Assembly: GCA_965206595.1 (NCBI GenBank)
Contig: OZ242214.1
Location: 4,096,001 to 4,160,000 of the forward strand
DNA from: Candidatus Latescibacterota bacterium
GTDB taxonomy: Bacteria; Latescibacterota; UBA2968; UBA8231
Reading direction: 5' to 3'
Length of the DNA stretch: 64,000 nt
This document shows positions 10,842 through 22,600 of the stretch, piece after piece. The position numbers and the translations under genes were made by a program. The notes below the pieces were generated by a model, which did no database searches, was not told the origin of the DNA, and was given only the letters and a program-made list of their open reading frames with translations. Each line of letters starts with the position of its first letter. Position 1 is the first letter of the stretch.

Positions 10842-11936
10842 CTATACTTTCGGCTTGGCCAAGTAAGGGTTCGAATAGAAAACTGCTTTCGACCTATCTA
10901 AGGTGCCAGGGTGAATGCCATAAAATGCCACGACGCCTATCACATGTTGCCTGGTTGGACCACCAGGGTTAAACCAAAAGCCGTTCAGTTTTTGGCTATA
11001 GTAGGGTTCTGGTAGTGGCGTCGTGTTGGCTGGGTCGGGATGAACGTGGAAAGTATACTGCTGGCTTCCGAATAACACTTCATCTAGCCTGTTATTTGAG
11101 ATATCACAACGCAACGCGACGATTAAGTTATCTACATTCTTGTACCGCTTCGCCTTACGTTCAAGGCGATCTTTCGTTTTGCCGATGTCGTTTACGTAGT
11201 CGGCTCCCATCGAGACGCTGCCCACAAAATTCATAGTCTTTCCGCGATGCTCAGGTGACACTGGCAAAAGATAACCAGCCATAATCCAGCTACCATGTGA
11301 AAATGAAGCGCAGGGCAAATGCTCAAGTTTAAAACCCTGGTTTCCTTGTGAAATACGGAGGACTTCCTCATATTTAGTTTCTCACAGCAGCTTCTCGAAT
11401 TTCTGTCGTATTTGCGCTTTGCGCGGACTGGATTCTAACTTCCCTTCCATTCTGATGTGTAGATGAAAGTCGGGGGAGCTAATTTCAGCTAGCGTGTCAA
11501 GTACCGTAAGCTCGTTCCAGTTTTTTTCTAACTTTGTGCCTCGCTCCAAATCGATGTCTGTCGCCTCTACTACATAGGTCAACTGGCTAGCATCTGCCAA
11601 TTCTTCAGTCACTTCAAAATCTAGTGTTAGCTCATCGATCATAGGCTCTACCTTGACTTCCCCCCTTGTACCGAGCAGGAATTCGTGCAGAAACAACTCG
11701 AAGAAGGCTGCGTTGAATTGAATTTCGTCCTGTTGGGTTCCCGTTGGGTCGCGACGCATTCTGGCGACAGTGTCTCGCCGTTGTTTTTCGGGGAGTCGCT
11801 CCACCCATCGTTCCAGCATACCCCGAACTCTTACGAACTCAGGTTTCGAGGTCCGATCCAGAAATGAATAAGTCGTTTCAGCTCGATGGGCTGGCCTAGT
11901 GTAGTTTCTAGGTTTTTCGTCAAATAACCGGGGCAT
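10842..11936 (-). pseudogene. Hypothetical (possibly PD-(D/E)XK-like) gene with an in-frame TGA, 3'-clipped by ISCR
   Basis: ORFs 11382..11936 and 10842..11318 are in one frame separated by a single TGA; lower GC; LDFEV...YVVEAT. Confidence 0.6.
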
Positions 11937-12199
11937 CCGACTTCTCCAAGCTTAAAGGTCGATCGAAATCCATTGCCAAAATTACAAACGCCGTACAGTG
12001 TACCGGCTTACAGAGCCCACTCGGTCAAGCCATCGAGCTAGTCCGGCCGTGGTGGGCCTGAGCGTACCGACCTGCGAACTTTTCGGCGCGAGATACTCCG
12101 ATGAGAAGTCGGTCAACTACTTCGTCCTGTATCTTCCCCCGCAGCGACGCATGTGCTTCGTCAAGGGCTACCCAGCAGAGAATGCCAAGTGTGTCAATT

Positions 12200-13321
12200 T
12201 CATTCCAGCAGCAGGTCCGACCAGTTTGGTTGGTGCTTCTCCTCCACTATTCTCAGGATGCCGTCGCGGCATACCCGCCTCGCGCGTTTGCCCAATTCGG
12301 TGTCTGGGTTCCTAACTTGGTTGAGCTCCGTGCCATGGATTATCCTGGAAGCGAGCCCGTAGAAATCGGTCAATGTTGTACGTATCTCTCGACGCTTCTC
12401 TAGACTGGTCTCCAAATGGCGAGCTCCGGTGATTGCCAAACGGAATCCTAGCTCCCCGGCGCCTGAATTGAGATAAAGGGATTCCAAAGCTATACGAAGA
12501 TCGAAAACACGGTCTTCTGGCGAAGCCCCGGGAGTGGCGGACTGCTCCCACCGTCTGACAGCGATTCGGAATCGAGGGTCGGTTTCTATGCGTCGCTGAA
12601 GCTCCTTCACGAATGCCCAAGTCCTACTCAATAGGTTGGCATCCAGATTCGGAGAGGGCGGGTTGAAGTCCGTGATTTCGGTAGTGTTCGCTGTTGGGCT
12701 ATGCGTCGAACCTTTACCAAGCAATCTAAGTGTCATCGGGCCGGGACCGGCCAAGCCTGTGGGGGGTTTCGTTGCGAAGGCAGCGGCATCGCCGTAATCG
12801 TTCCAAGCCCACGCTACTCCCACCCGCCGGTTACACACCAGAGACAAGGCGGTCAAAAACGTGTCTACCTTCACGTCTTGCAATATCGTAAGCGTCTCCA
12901 ATGGCGGGTATTGACCTTCCTCTCGCGGCGGTTGAAAGAAAACGGGGCAAGTGTGTGCTTCGATCTCCAACACCGTATGTCCAAGCATGTTGGAAACTCT
13001 TTGCCAATGTGGACGGGGCGTTGCGGGCATTGAGAGAGGCATCCCTTCTGATGAAGTAGGCAACGAATACACTCGCAAGCCCGCAGGCAATTCGAGAGGT
13101 TGATCAACGTAAAGGCCATCCAGCACCAAGCAAATCTTGAATCGCAAAGGCTCACCACGTGCCCACCCATCAAGCAACCCGGTTGCGGCTTCTGGACCAA
13201 TAACTGCGGCGGCTCGAATGAGGGCACGTGCCAAGCCTTGCACATGTGACCTTGATTGGATCTCAACAGCATGCTCAGGAGTAGCCCTGATAACCCCACC
13301 CTCGTCACCAGCCACCCTTAA
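12200..13321 (-). CDS. HEPN (ApeA-like) domain protein, probably 5'-truncated by IS1380
   Basis: DLRIALESLY...ELGFRLA...FYGLASRIIHG; frame open up to the IS1380 end. Confidence 0.65.
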   Translation of the reverse strand, partial: LRVAGDEGGVIRATPEHAVEIQSRSHVQGLARALIRAAAVIGPEAATGLLDGWARGEPLRFKICLVLDGLYVDQPLELPAGLRVYSLPTSSEGMPLSMPATPRPHWQRVSNMLGHTVLEIEAHTCPVFFQPPREEGQYPPLETLTILQDVKVDTFLTALSLVCNRRVGVAWAWNDYGDAAAFATKPPTGLAGPGPMTLRLLGKGSTHSPTANTTEITDFNPPSPNLDANLLSRTWAFVKELQRRIETDPRFRIAVRRWEQSATPGASPEDRVFDLRIALESLYLNSGAGELGFRLAITGARHLETSLEKRREIRTTLTDFYGLASRIIHGTELNQVRNPDTELGKRARRVCRDGILRIVEEKHQPNWSDLLLE

Positions 13322-15181
13322 CCCTTGTTATTCATGGAATTTTAGTGGAGAGGGCTGTACTGGGTGCCTCCCATGCTTAGATTTCAGAGGGAAACACAAG
13401 GCAGTATCGCCCTTTGAACCCATCACACAGTAGGACACCCAATGGGTGAATTACCGTCACACACCGAGTCCGAGCAAGCCGGGCCGATTCAGCCGTCTTT
13501 CAACCGCTCCATCCACATCGAAGCCCGCCCCACCCACCTTGGCAGCGACACCGGTGCGCTGATGTTGCGTCAACTGCTCGAACACAGCCGGGTTCTGGAT
13601 TGGGTCGACGCCCACTTCGAGGATCTCCGTACCCAAGACCAGATCACGCACCCGCTGCCGGAGCTGCTGCGCACACAGATCGTGCTGCTGGCACAGGGCT
13701 GGACCCACGCCGCCGACGCCGACGCGTTGCGCCAAGATCCGATCCTGCGTCTGGCGGTCAGCGATCGCAAAGGGCAGGCGCCGTTGCGCAGCGGCGACGA
13801 AGACCGGCCGCAGGGACTGGCCAGTCAGCCGACGCTGTCGCGCCTGCTCGAGCAAGCCTCGACTGCCTATAACCGCGAGGTGTTGGAGGAAGCCGTCCTG
13901 CGCAGCGCCCGGTCTCGTTGCCGGCTGCTGGAAGGACGGATGAAATACGAGGAGTTGGCCGTCGACATGGATGCCCTGCCGATGCCGGCGCACGGGCACC
14001 AGGCGGGGGTCGAATACAACGGCTACTTCCACGCCTCGGGGTACCATCCCCTGCTCCTCGGCTCGGCGCAGACGGGCGATTTCTTCGGTGCCGTGCTGCG
14101 GCCGGGCAACGTGCACGCCCATGAGGGTGCCTCAGAGGCTCTCGGCAAGCGCTTGGACTGGATTCAGTCGCATCTGGCCCGGCGCCTCATCCTGCGCTTC
14201 GACGCGGCCTCGGTGAGCGGGTCTTTCCTGAGTGAGCTGGAAGCGCGGGCCGACACCTCGTACGTGGCGCGCATCAAGAAGAATGCGCGCCTGGAGGAGC
14301 TGGCTCGTGCCTGGGTGGAAGGCTATCAGCAGGAGCTGGCGCAGCACCCGGAAGAGCTGCGGGAAGAGGGTTTTCGCTGTCGCGAGCTGCGCTATCAAGC
14401 CAGGTCCTGGGCGCAGCCCCGGCGGGTGGTGTTGGTCCTGGTCCCTTCCGAGACGGAAGAGCTGCCCATCGCCCGCCACTTCTTCCTGATCACCGACCAG
14501 AGTCCCCAGACGATGAGCGGCCGCGACCTGGTCGCCTTTTATCGTCAGCGCGGCCTTTTCGAGCGCATGCTCGGCGAGTTGAGCTCCACCCTCCAGCCTC
14601 AGCTCTCCTCTACCACCCGTCGCAAGCAACACTACCGGGGTCGAGAGCCGCGTCAGCGCACCCCGTCCCGGGATGCCTTCGCTGCCAACCAGGCGCTTCT
14701 GACCTTGAACCTGCTGGCCTACAACCTGCTTCACCTGGGCCGCCAGGCCGCCGAACGCGCCGAGGCCCGACGCGGGCGGCCCCGCACATACGGACGCTCG
14801 ACGACGGCCCTGAGCCTGGACAGTTTTCGACGGCGCTACCTGCGCCTGCCGTCCCGCGTCACCTTGCATGGGCGCAGGGTGGGCGTCATCCTGACCCAAG
14901 GGACGGCGGCTGCCTGGGATCGTCTGTGGAGATTTCTGGCCACGCTCAAACCGGTGGACGCGGCGATGGCGTAAGCGCAGGCCGGGTCGGTCGGGATGAT
15001 GGGCTCGCAAAGGCAAGCGTCTTCGAGAAGGCGTGTACAATTTCAACAAGGTCGGTAGAGATAAGGAGACGGCTCTACCCAAAAAGCCGACTATAGAAGG
15101 GACGCAAGCCTCTGAGGCTAAGCAAAGGGGTCTCGGAAGCGCCTATGTCCGCTTATGCGCGGGTTGAATGAATAACAAAGG
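13322..15181 (+). mobile_element. IS1380 family element
   Basis: IRs CCCTTGTTATTCAT / ATGAATAACAAAGG; no matching target duplication. Confidence 0.85.
13442..14974 (+). CDS. IS1380 family transposase
   Basis: SDTGALML, LASQPTLSRL, VDMD...HGHQ...YNGY, LRPGNVH, FYRQRG and ANQA motifs. Confidence 0.9.
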   Translation: MGELPSHTESEQAGPIQPSFNRSIHIEARPTHLGSDTGALMLRQLLEHSRVLDWVDAHFEDLRTQDQITHPLPELLRTQIVLLAQGWTHAADADALRQDPILRLAVSDRKGQAPLRSGDEDRPQGLASQPTLSRLLEQASTAYNREVLEEAVLRSARSRCRLLEGRMKYEELAVDMDALPMPAHGHQAGVEYNGYFHASGYHPLLLGSAQTGDFFGAVLRPGNVHAHEGASEALGKRLDWIQSHLARRLILRFDAASVSGSFLSELEARADTSYVARIKKNARLEELARAWVEGYQQELAQHPEELREEGFRCRELRYQARSWAQPRRVVLVLVPSETEELPIARHFFLITDQSPQTMSGRDLVAFYRQRGLFERMLGELSSTLQPQLSSTTRRKQHYRGREPRQRTPSRDAFAANQALLTLNLLAYNLLHLGRQAAERAEARRGRPRTYGRSTTALSLDSFRRRYLRLPSRVTLHGRRVGVILTQGTAAAWDRLWRFLATLKPVDAAMA

Positions 15182-15246
15182 TTGACAGAGAGGAATTCCG
15201 CGCGGCCAGTGAAAGGTACAATGTCTCGATCCTGTTGTTCTCGGGA

Positions 15247-16674
15247 GGGCATTGTCCCGATCTTAGTTGAAACAGCACAGGCTCCTCTCGCTACCTTGGT
15301 ACGGGAAGTTTTTGCGGAAAACCTCGTATCAGGTAACAGAAAGGAGCCTGCCATGAGCAAGCTATCAGGACCCCGGAAGCAGGTCAAACGCAGCCTGGAA
15401 ATCGGCCCCGTGAATGCGGAGGCCGCCGCCCTTACCGGCGATCTGGATACGCGCATCGAGGGGATCCAATGCCTGATTCCTTTGGGTCTGCAAGCCGTCG
15501 CCGAGGAATTGCAACGGGCGGTCGAGGAGTTGGCCGGGCCGCGCTATCAGCGCAAGGGGGCCGAGCAGCCGGTGCGCCGCTGGGGATCTCAGTCCGGATC
15601 GGTGTATCTGGGCGATCAGAAACTGAGGGTCGAGGTGCCGCGGGTGCGCAATGTGGCCAGCCGGACCGAGGTGCCGCTGGCGGCCTACCCGGCCCTGCAG
15701 AGGCCCCGGAACCAGGACGAGGGTCTGTTGCTGCGCGTGTTGAAAGGGATCGCCACGCGCGACTACGAGGCCTGCGCCGAGGCCGTCCCGGCCGCCTTCG
15801 GCCGGTCCGGTTCCTCGGTGTCGCGCCGCTACGTGAAAGGCACGGCGCGAAAGCTGGCCGAATTCCAGGAGCGATCCCTGGAAGGATACGATCTGGTGGC
15901 GCTGTTTCTCGACGGCAAGAGCTTCGCCGACGAGGAGATCCTCATCGCCTTGGGCGTCACCCTGGACGGACACAAGATTCCGCTGGGCTTCGTGCAGGCG
16001 GCCACCGAGAACGAGCGCGTCTGCCGGCGCTTCCTGTCCGATCTGGTCGAACGAGGCTTGCAGTATGAAGCCGGACTGCTGGTCGTCCTCGACGGCGGCA
16101 AGGGTCTGTACAAGGCGGTGCGGTCGGTGCTGAAAGGGCATGCCTGCGTGCAGCGCTGCCAGTATCACAAGCGCCAGAACGTCGTCTCGTATCTGCCCAA
16201 GAGCGAGCAGGCCCGGATCCGTCACAAAATGGAAGCGGCCTACGGGCAAGCGACGTACGAGGAGGCCAAGGCTGCCCTGGAGGCGCTCAAACCGGGCTTG
16301 GAGCTGACGAACCAGTCCGCCCTGCACAGCCTCGAGGAAGGCCTGGAAGAGACCCTCACCCTGCACCGCTTGGGAGTGATGCCGATGTTGAAGAATTCCT
16401 TCCGTACCACCAACTGTATCGAGAACGTCAACGGTCTTCTGGGGCAGTTGACGCACAACGTCCGGCGCTGGAGCAACTCATCGCAGCGTCACCGCTGGGT
16501 AGCCACGGCGCTGTTGGACATCGAACCGCGTCTGCGCCGGGTCAAGGGCTACCGTCACTTACCGACGATGCGGCACGCCCTGCAGGCCGAGCTCGGTATC
16601 AAACAGCTCGCTATGACGGGCTGATCTATTCAACCGAGCCTGTGCTTTGTTTCAACTGAAAATGGGACTTGCCC
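15247..16674 (+). mobile_element. IS256 family element
   Basis: Imperfect long IRs GGGCATTGTCCCGATCTTAGTTGAAACAGCACAGGCTC / GAGCCTGTGCTTTGTTTCAACTGAAAATGGGACTTGCCC. Confidence 0.88.
15353..16624 (+). CDS. IS256 family (Mutator-type) transposase
   Basis: LFLDG, VLDGGKGL, QRCQYHKRQN and RTTNCIEN motifs; AAGGAG RBS before ATG 15353. Confidence 0.92.
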   Translation: MSKLSGPRKQVKRSLEIGPVNAEAAALTGDLDTRIEGIQCLIPLGLQAVAEELQRAVEELAGPRYQRKGAEQPVRRWGSQSGSVYLGDQKLRVEVPRVRNVASRTEVPLAAYPALQRPRNQDEGLLLRVLKGIATRDYEACAEAVPAAFGRSGSSVSRRYVKGTARKLAEFQERSLEGYDLVALFLDGKSFADEEILIALGVTLDGHKIPLGFVQAATENERVCRRFLSDLVERGLQYEAGLLVVLDGGKGLYKAVRSVLKGHACVQRCQYHKRQNVVSYLPKSEQARIRHKMEAAYGQATYEEAKAALEALKPGLELTNQSALHSLEEGLEETLTLHRLGVMPMLKNSFRTTNCIENVNGLLGQLTHNVRRWSNSSQRHRWVATALLDIEPRLRRVKGYRHLPTMRHALQAELGIKQLAMTG

Positions 16675-19600
16675 CCCCCACCATCAGACCAGGCCGAATC
16701 AGACAACGAAGAGGAATCCGACAAGACGCTGACGCTGGGGTTTGGTGATGCGCTGCCGGTGGGAGTGAGGTCCGGCACGCCTTCCACGGCGACGGTGACG
16801 CTTTCCGAATCGGGGACGCCGTCGGGTGCCATACCCGACACCCTGACCGCGGGCCTTGGCGCCAATTCAACCACCGCGGGTCAGATCCGGGTGGTATGGG
16901 ACGCGTCGACGGATATGACGGTGAGCGGGTATACGCTGCGCTTCGAGATCGGCGATGCCGCCGCCCTGAACAACGAGGGCGATCCGATCTGGGCATGGCC
17001 CGGTACCTGGAACCTGTGTCCGCTGCCGGCTTTGGGGGTCGACTCGACGGGGTTCACGCATCGGGACCTGCAGGCGTGGCGGCGCTACCGCTACCAGGTG
17101 CAGGCGACGAACCCTCACGGCGACAGCGAGTGGTCGGAGAGTTTCCCGCCGTCGGGGGTGACCCCGGTACCGAACAAGGCGGCGGCGGGCGACGTATCCG
17201 TCGAGCCATCCGAGCAATCCTCGGAGGAATCGGAGAAGAAATGGGAGGTGGAGTTCATCGTCTTGGAATGCTCCCGCCCGCCTTGCGAGCAGGAGGAGTT
17301 CGAGCCGTTTCCGGACCCCGACTCCGACCCCGACCTCCCGCCGGACTCCGGCCCTGCGTTTCCGATCGATTTTGAGGTTCTGGTGAATAGCGGGGGCGTG
17401 TTAGGGGCTTATCGTCTCGCCTCCCCTTTCAGCGGGGCGCCAGGAGGTGGAGCCTCCGGGGCCAGGGGCGCCTCCAGTGATGGAGCGACGGCGACCTCGG
17501 TGCGGGTGGAGGCGGCAGGCGACACGGTGCGGGTGTCGGGCCTGGCCGACACGGTAGTGCACCAGATCCGGGTGCGGCTGGTCAACGCCGACGGGGTGCC
17601 GGGCGAGGCGTCGGACTCGCTGGCGGTGGTACCCTTGCGGGCGCAGGCCGGCGCCGGGCAGGTGACGCTGAGCTGGGACGATCCGGGCAACGACACCCTC
17701 GAGGAATGGCAGTATCGGCAGCAGCGGGGCAGCAGCTTGTGGGGAGCGTGGCAGGACGTGCCCGGCAGCACGGCGTCGGCGACGTCGCACACGGTTACGG
17801 GCCTGACGAACGGGGAGACCTACGGGTTCCAGGTGCGGGGGGTGTACGAGCTGGCGGCGGGGAACTACCGGGCCGGAGCGGTCTCGTTCTCCCGCCAAGT
17901 GACGCTGCCCGACGTCCCGGATTCCCCGGGTAACCTGACGGCGGCCCCGGGCGACGCTCAGGTGTCTCTGACGTGGCAGACGCCTTCGGACAACGGCTCG
18001 CCCCTTACGGGGTATGAGTATCGTCACAGCGCCGCCGGGGCGGTCACGTGGTCTCCGGACTGGGGGGATATACCGGGCAGCGATGGGTCGACGACGCGCC
18101 ACACGGTGCGCGACCTGAGCAACGATACGGAGTACAGCTTCGAGGTGCGCGCCGTCAACGGGGCGGGGGCGGGGGCCTCCGCGAGCGACACGGCGACGCC
18201 GGCGAGGCCGGACACGCGCGGCCGGGTGGAGTGGAGCACGACTCAGCCGCGGGTGGGTCAGGAGCTGACGCCGACGCTCATCGACCCGGACACCCCCGCG
18301 CTGGCAGAGGCGCGCTGGCGCTGGCGCCGGTTGGGGTGGCTTCGGTCCGATGACGGCGATTCGCTGTCGGCGCCGGCCCCTGAGTCGCGCTCCGGTGAAT
18401 CGAAACTAGGAGTGATCGCCCGCACGCGTCAGTATAGGCCCCGGGTGAGCGATCTCAATCAGTGGTTGCGGGTTGAAGCGAGGCCGGACACTTAGTACCG
18501 ACGACTTCGCGCGGGCACCGGGTAACGCGCGACGACCCCCGCGCTCAGAGGCGCGCTGGCGCTGGCGCCGGTTGGGGTGGCTTCGGTCCGATGACGGCGA
18601 TTCGCTGTCGGCGCCGGCCCCTGAGTCGCGCTCCGGTGAATCGAAACTAGGAGTGATCGCCCGCACGCGTCAGTATAGGCCCCGGGTGAGCGATCTCAAT
18701 CAGTGGTTGCGGGTTGAAGTCACTTATACCGACGACTTCGGCGGGCACCGGGTAAGCGCGACGACGTCGAGGGCGGTGGGACCGGGCCCGCCGTGCGCCC
18801 CCGCCAACCTGAAGGCGGCGCCCGGCGACGGGCAGGTGACGCTGACCTGGGAGGCGGGCTGCGACAACGGGCAGACTATCGACAGGTATCAATACCGTCG
18901 TCTGGACGTGCGGAAATGGGTGCGGGTGCCCGGGGACGGCTCGGCCCGTCGTCAGCAGGTGACGGGCCTGACCAACGGGGAGGCGCACACGTTCGAGGTG
19001 CGGGCGGGGAACCGGCAGGAGTGGGGTCCTGCCGCCCAGGCCACGGCCACGCCCGCGGCGGCGGAGTCTCCTCCTCCCCCGCCGCCGCTGACGGTCACCT
19101 ACGAAGCGTCGTCCTACTCGGCGCAGGAAGGGGGCGAGGCGGCGACGGTGACGGTGCGGCTGTCGCCGTCTGCGGACGCGCTTGTGAACATCCCGATTTC
19201 GGTGACCCCGGGTGCGGAGACCGAGGAAGACGACTTCACGGTGGCCGGGCTGACGGACGGGGGGCTGTCGTTCGCACCGGAGGCGGACGAAGCGACGTTC
19301 ACGATCACGGCGTCCGAGGATGCGGACACGGTCGACGAGACGGTGACATTGGGTTTCGGCACGCCGCTGCCGGAGGGGGTGAGCGCCGGCACGACCGCAG
19401 AGGCGGTGGTGTCTCTTGTCGACGACGACGATACGCCCGGGGAGGTGACGGTTAGACCGGAGACGGCGCAGGTGGGCACGGAGCTGACGGCGACGCTGAG
19501 CGACGCGGACGAGGTGGCAGAGGTGACGGGCTGGCAGTGGCATCGGCGGGCCTCGGATCAGGCGGCCTGGACCGCGGTTTCGGGGGCGACGGCGGCGGCG

Positions 19601-22600
19601 TACACGCCGGTGTCGTCCGATGCAGGGCAGTACCTGCAGGCGACGGTGGGCTACACGGACGGGCACGGCCCGGACAAGAGCGCCGCGAGCGCGGCCATCG
19701 GCCCGGTGGCAGAATCCCCGGAGCCGCCGGACCTGACGGTCTCGTTCGATAGGGAATCGTATTCGGCGAGTGAAGGAGGCACCGCATCGGTGACGGTATC
19801 GGTATCTCCGGCGACGGACCGGGCGCTGAAGATCCCGATTTCGGTGACCCCGGATTCGGAGACCGAGGAAGGCGACTACACGGTGACGTGGCCGGGGGTG
19901 GCCGACACGCTGTGGTTCGAGTCGGGGGCCACGGCGCAGTCGTTTGCGATTCAGGCGAACGCGGATCCCGATTCAGACGACGAGACGGTGAGCCTGGGGT
20001 TCGGGACGCCGTTGCCGGCCGGGGTGAGCGCGGGCACGCCGTCGCGCGCCACCCTGACCCTGGGCGAGCGCCCGACCGGCGCCCTGGTGATTGTGGGCAC
20101 CCAGGATACCACCTTCGCCGAGGGCGGCACGGGGATCGTGGCCCCGTACCGGGCGCTCTCCGCGGACGGGCAGGCGGTCGCGCCGGTGTCCTGGTCCCTC
20201 GGGGGGGCCGATGCCGACACCCTGACGATCGACGCTGCGGGCCGGCTCCGCTTCGAGGAGCCGCCGGACTACGAGAATCCGGCCGACGCCAACCGGGACA
20301 CGGTCTACGAGGTGACGGTGGAGGCCGACGCCGACGGTCAGCCGCCGGCGGATGCGGCCTTGCCGGTGTCGGTGCGGGTGACCGACGTGGACGATCCCGG
20401 CGAGGTGACCCTGATCTCGTCGTCGCCGCGGGTGGGCACGCCGCTGACCGCGGTGCTCACCGATCAGGATGGGGGTATCCGGGAGGACGGGTGGCATTGG
20501 CAGCACCGGGACCGGGATACGGACGCGTGGGAGCCTCCCCTGCCGGCGGGGCGCTATCCGGGGCTGACCAGCTATACGCCGCAGGCAGGGAATGCCGGCA
20601 AGCGGCTGCGGGCGACGGTCGGCTATGCGGATGCCCTCGGCCCGGACAAGCGCGCGCAGAGCGATTCCACCGCCCGGGTGATTCATGCGCAGGTCTTCTT
20701 CGGCGCCGAGTCGTACCAGGCGGCCGAGGGGGGCGCTGCGGCGACGGTGACGGTGCGCATGGAACCGGCCGCGGACCGGCAGCTGGGCATTCCGATCGAG
20801 GCGACCGGGGAAGCCGGCACCGAGTCGGACGACTACAGCCTGGGGGGGCTGGGCAGCGGCAACACCCTGACCTTCTCGGACGGCGACGTCGCGCGGACGT
20901 TCACGATCACGGCGAAACCGGACGGCGACGGCGACGACGGGAGGGTGAGGCTGGGGTTCGGTTCGCTGCCCTGGCAGGTGACCGCCGGCTCCCCGGCCGG
21001 CGCTGCGGTGACCCTGGTGGAGCCGGCGACCAACTCGCCGCCCAATCCCCCGGACGGTCCCACCGCGGTGTCGTTCGCCGAGAACGGCACGGCCGCGGTG
21101 GCCAGCTACCGGCTGAGCGATCCGGATGCGGGGGATGCGCTTGCGTTGCAGAAGGAGGGGGGCGCGGATTCGAGTTCATTCCGGGTCGACGCCGTCAGGC
21201 TGTATTTCAAGAGCGCGCCGGATTTCGAGGGCACCGCCGACGCGGACCGCAACGACGTCTACGAGGTCAGCCTGCGCACGCACGACGGGTCGCTGCCGTC
21301 GGAGCCGGTGACGGTGTCGGTGACGGTGACGAACGTGGAGGAGGGGCCCGGCCGGATCGAGTTTCTCACGGGGACGCCCCAGGTGGACGTGCGGGTGAGG
21401 GGGACGCTCACCGACCCGGACGGGAACGTGGACGTGCGTTCGCAGCAGTGGCAGCGTCTGGGCTCGTCGGGCTGGGAGCCCATCACCCCGGATGAGGAAA
21501 CGCGGACACCTCCCTCCACCTATCCGGGATATGTCTATTACACGCCGACGGAGGACGATGTGGGGAAGCCGCTGCGGGTGACCGCCTCCTACCTGGACGG
21601 GGCAAGCGCCGACGAGGAGGACCTCAAGAGCGCGCAGAGCGGTGAAACGCATCCGGTGGCGCACCCTCCCCTGACGGTTGCCTTCAGCAGCGCCTCGTAC
21701 CAGGCGAGTGAAGGGGGCAGTGCGGCGACGGTGACGGTGCGGCTGTCGCCGGCCTCCCCGGGCCAGGTGAGCATCCCGATCGAAGTGAACCCGGGCTCGG
21801 GCACCGAGTCGGGGGACTACTCGGTCACGGGCCTGACCGACGGCGCCCTGAGGTTCGCGGAGGGCGACCGGACGAAGTCGTTTACGATCGCGGCCGACTG
21901 GGACAGCGACCACGCCAACGAGACGGTGAGTCTGGGCTTCGGCTCCACCCTGCCGGAAGGGGTGAGCCCCGGCACGCCGTCCCGCGCCACGATGACCTTG
22001 GCGGACGTCAACCGCCCGCCGGTGATTTCCGGGCCGGAGTCCCAGCCGGTGCCGGAAAACCGCACGACCGTGGCCACGTACAGGGCCAGGGACCCGGAAG
22101 GGGACTCGGTCACCTGGTCGGACAGCGGCGACGATGCGGGCGATTTCACCATCGCGGGCGGCGCCCTGAGCTTCGATCCGGCGCCCGACTACGAGCGCCC
22201 GGCCGACGCGGGCGGCAACAACGTCTACGCCGTCACCGTGGAGGCGACCGACGACGGCGGCCAATCGGGGACCCGGCCGGTGACGGTGACGGTGACCAAC
22301 GTGGACGAGCCCGGCCGGTTGACCGTGGACTCGACGCCGCAGGTGGGCACGCCTGCGACCGCGGTGCTCACCGATCCGGATGGGGGCATCCAAGTGGAGA
22401 GTTGGCATTGGCAGTGGAGGGCCCGGGATACGGACCCCTGGGAGCCCCCCCTGCCGGCGGGACGCTATCCGGGGCTGACCAGCTTTACGCCGCAAGCCGA
22501 GCATGTGGGAAAGCGGCTGCGGGCCACGGTCGGCTACACCGACGCCCAGGGTCCGGACAAAAGCGCCCAGAGCGCGGCGACCCACCCGGTACCCCCCCCC

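Larger units (their letters stand above)
8952..10850 (+). mobile_element. ISCR/IS91-like element, copy 2; 5'-truncated and interrupted by IS5
   Basis: Near-identical to ~2975-3971; retains GLERLCRYVARP; same TTTTCCTATACTTT end. Confidence 0.88.

Noticed and set aside
11382-11384. Selenocysteine or recoded TGA
   Set aside because: No Cys-like redox context or evident SECIS hairpin; TGA is used as a stop throughout the window; the neighbourhood is full of pseudogenes.
11940-12200. Possible ncRNA between the HEPN gene and the next gene
   Set aside because: Only a short imperfect stem (GCCCAC...GTGGGC); no recognisable family.
18296-18765. DGR template/variable repeat pair or programmed duplication
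   Set aside because: The core is identical, differences are scattered indels at the junction rather than adenine-specific substitutions, and no reverse transcriptase is present. It looks like a long-read consensus artefact.
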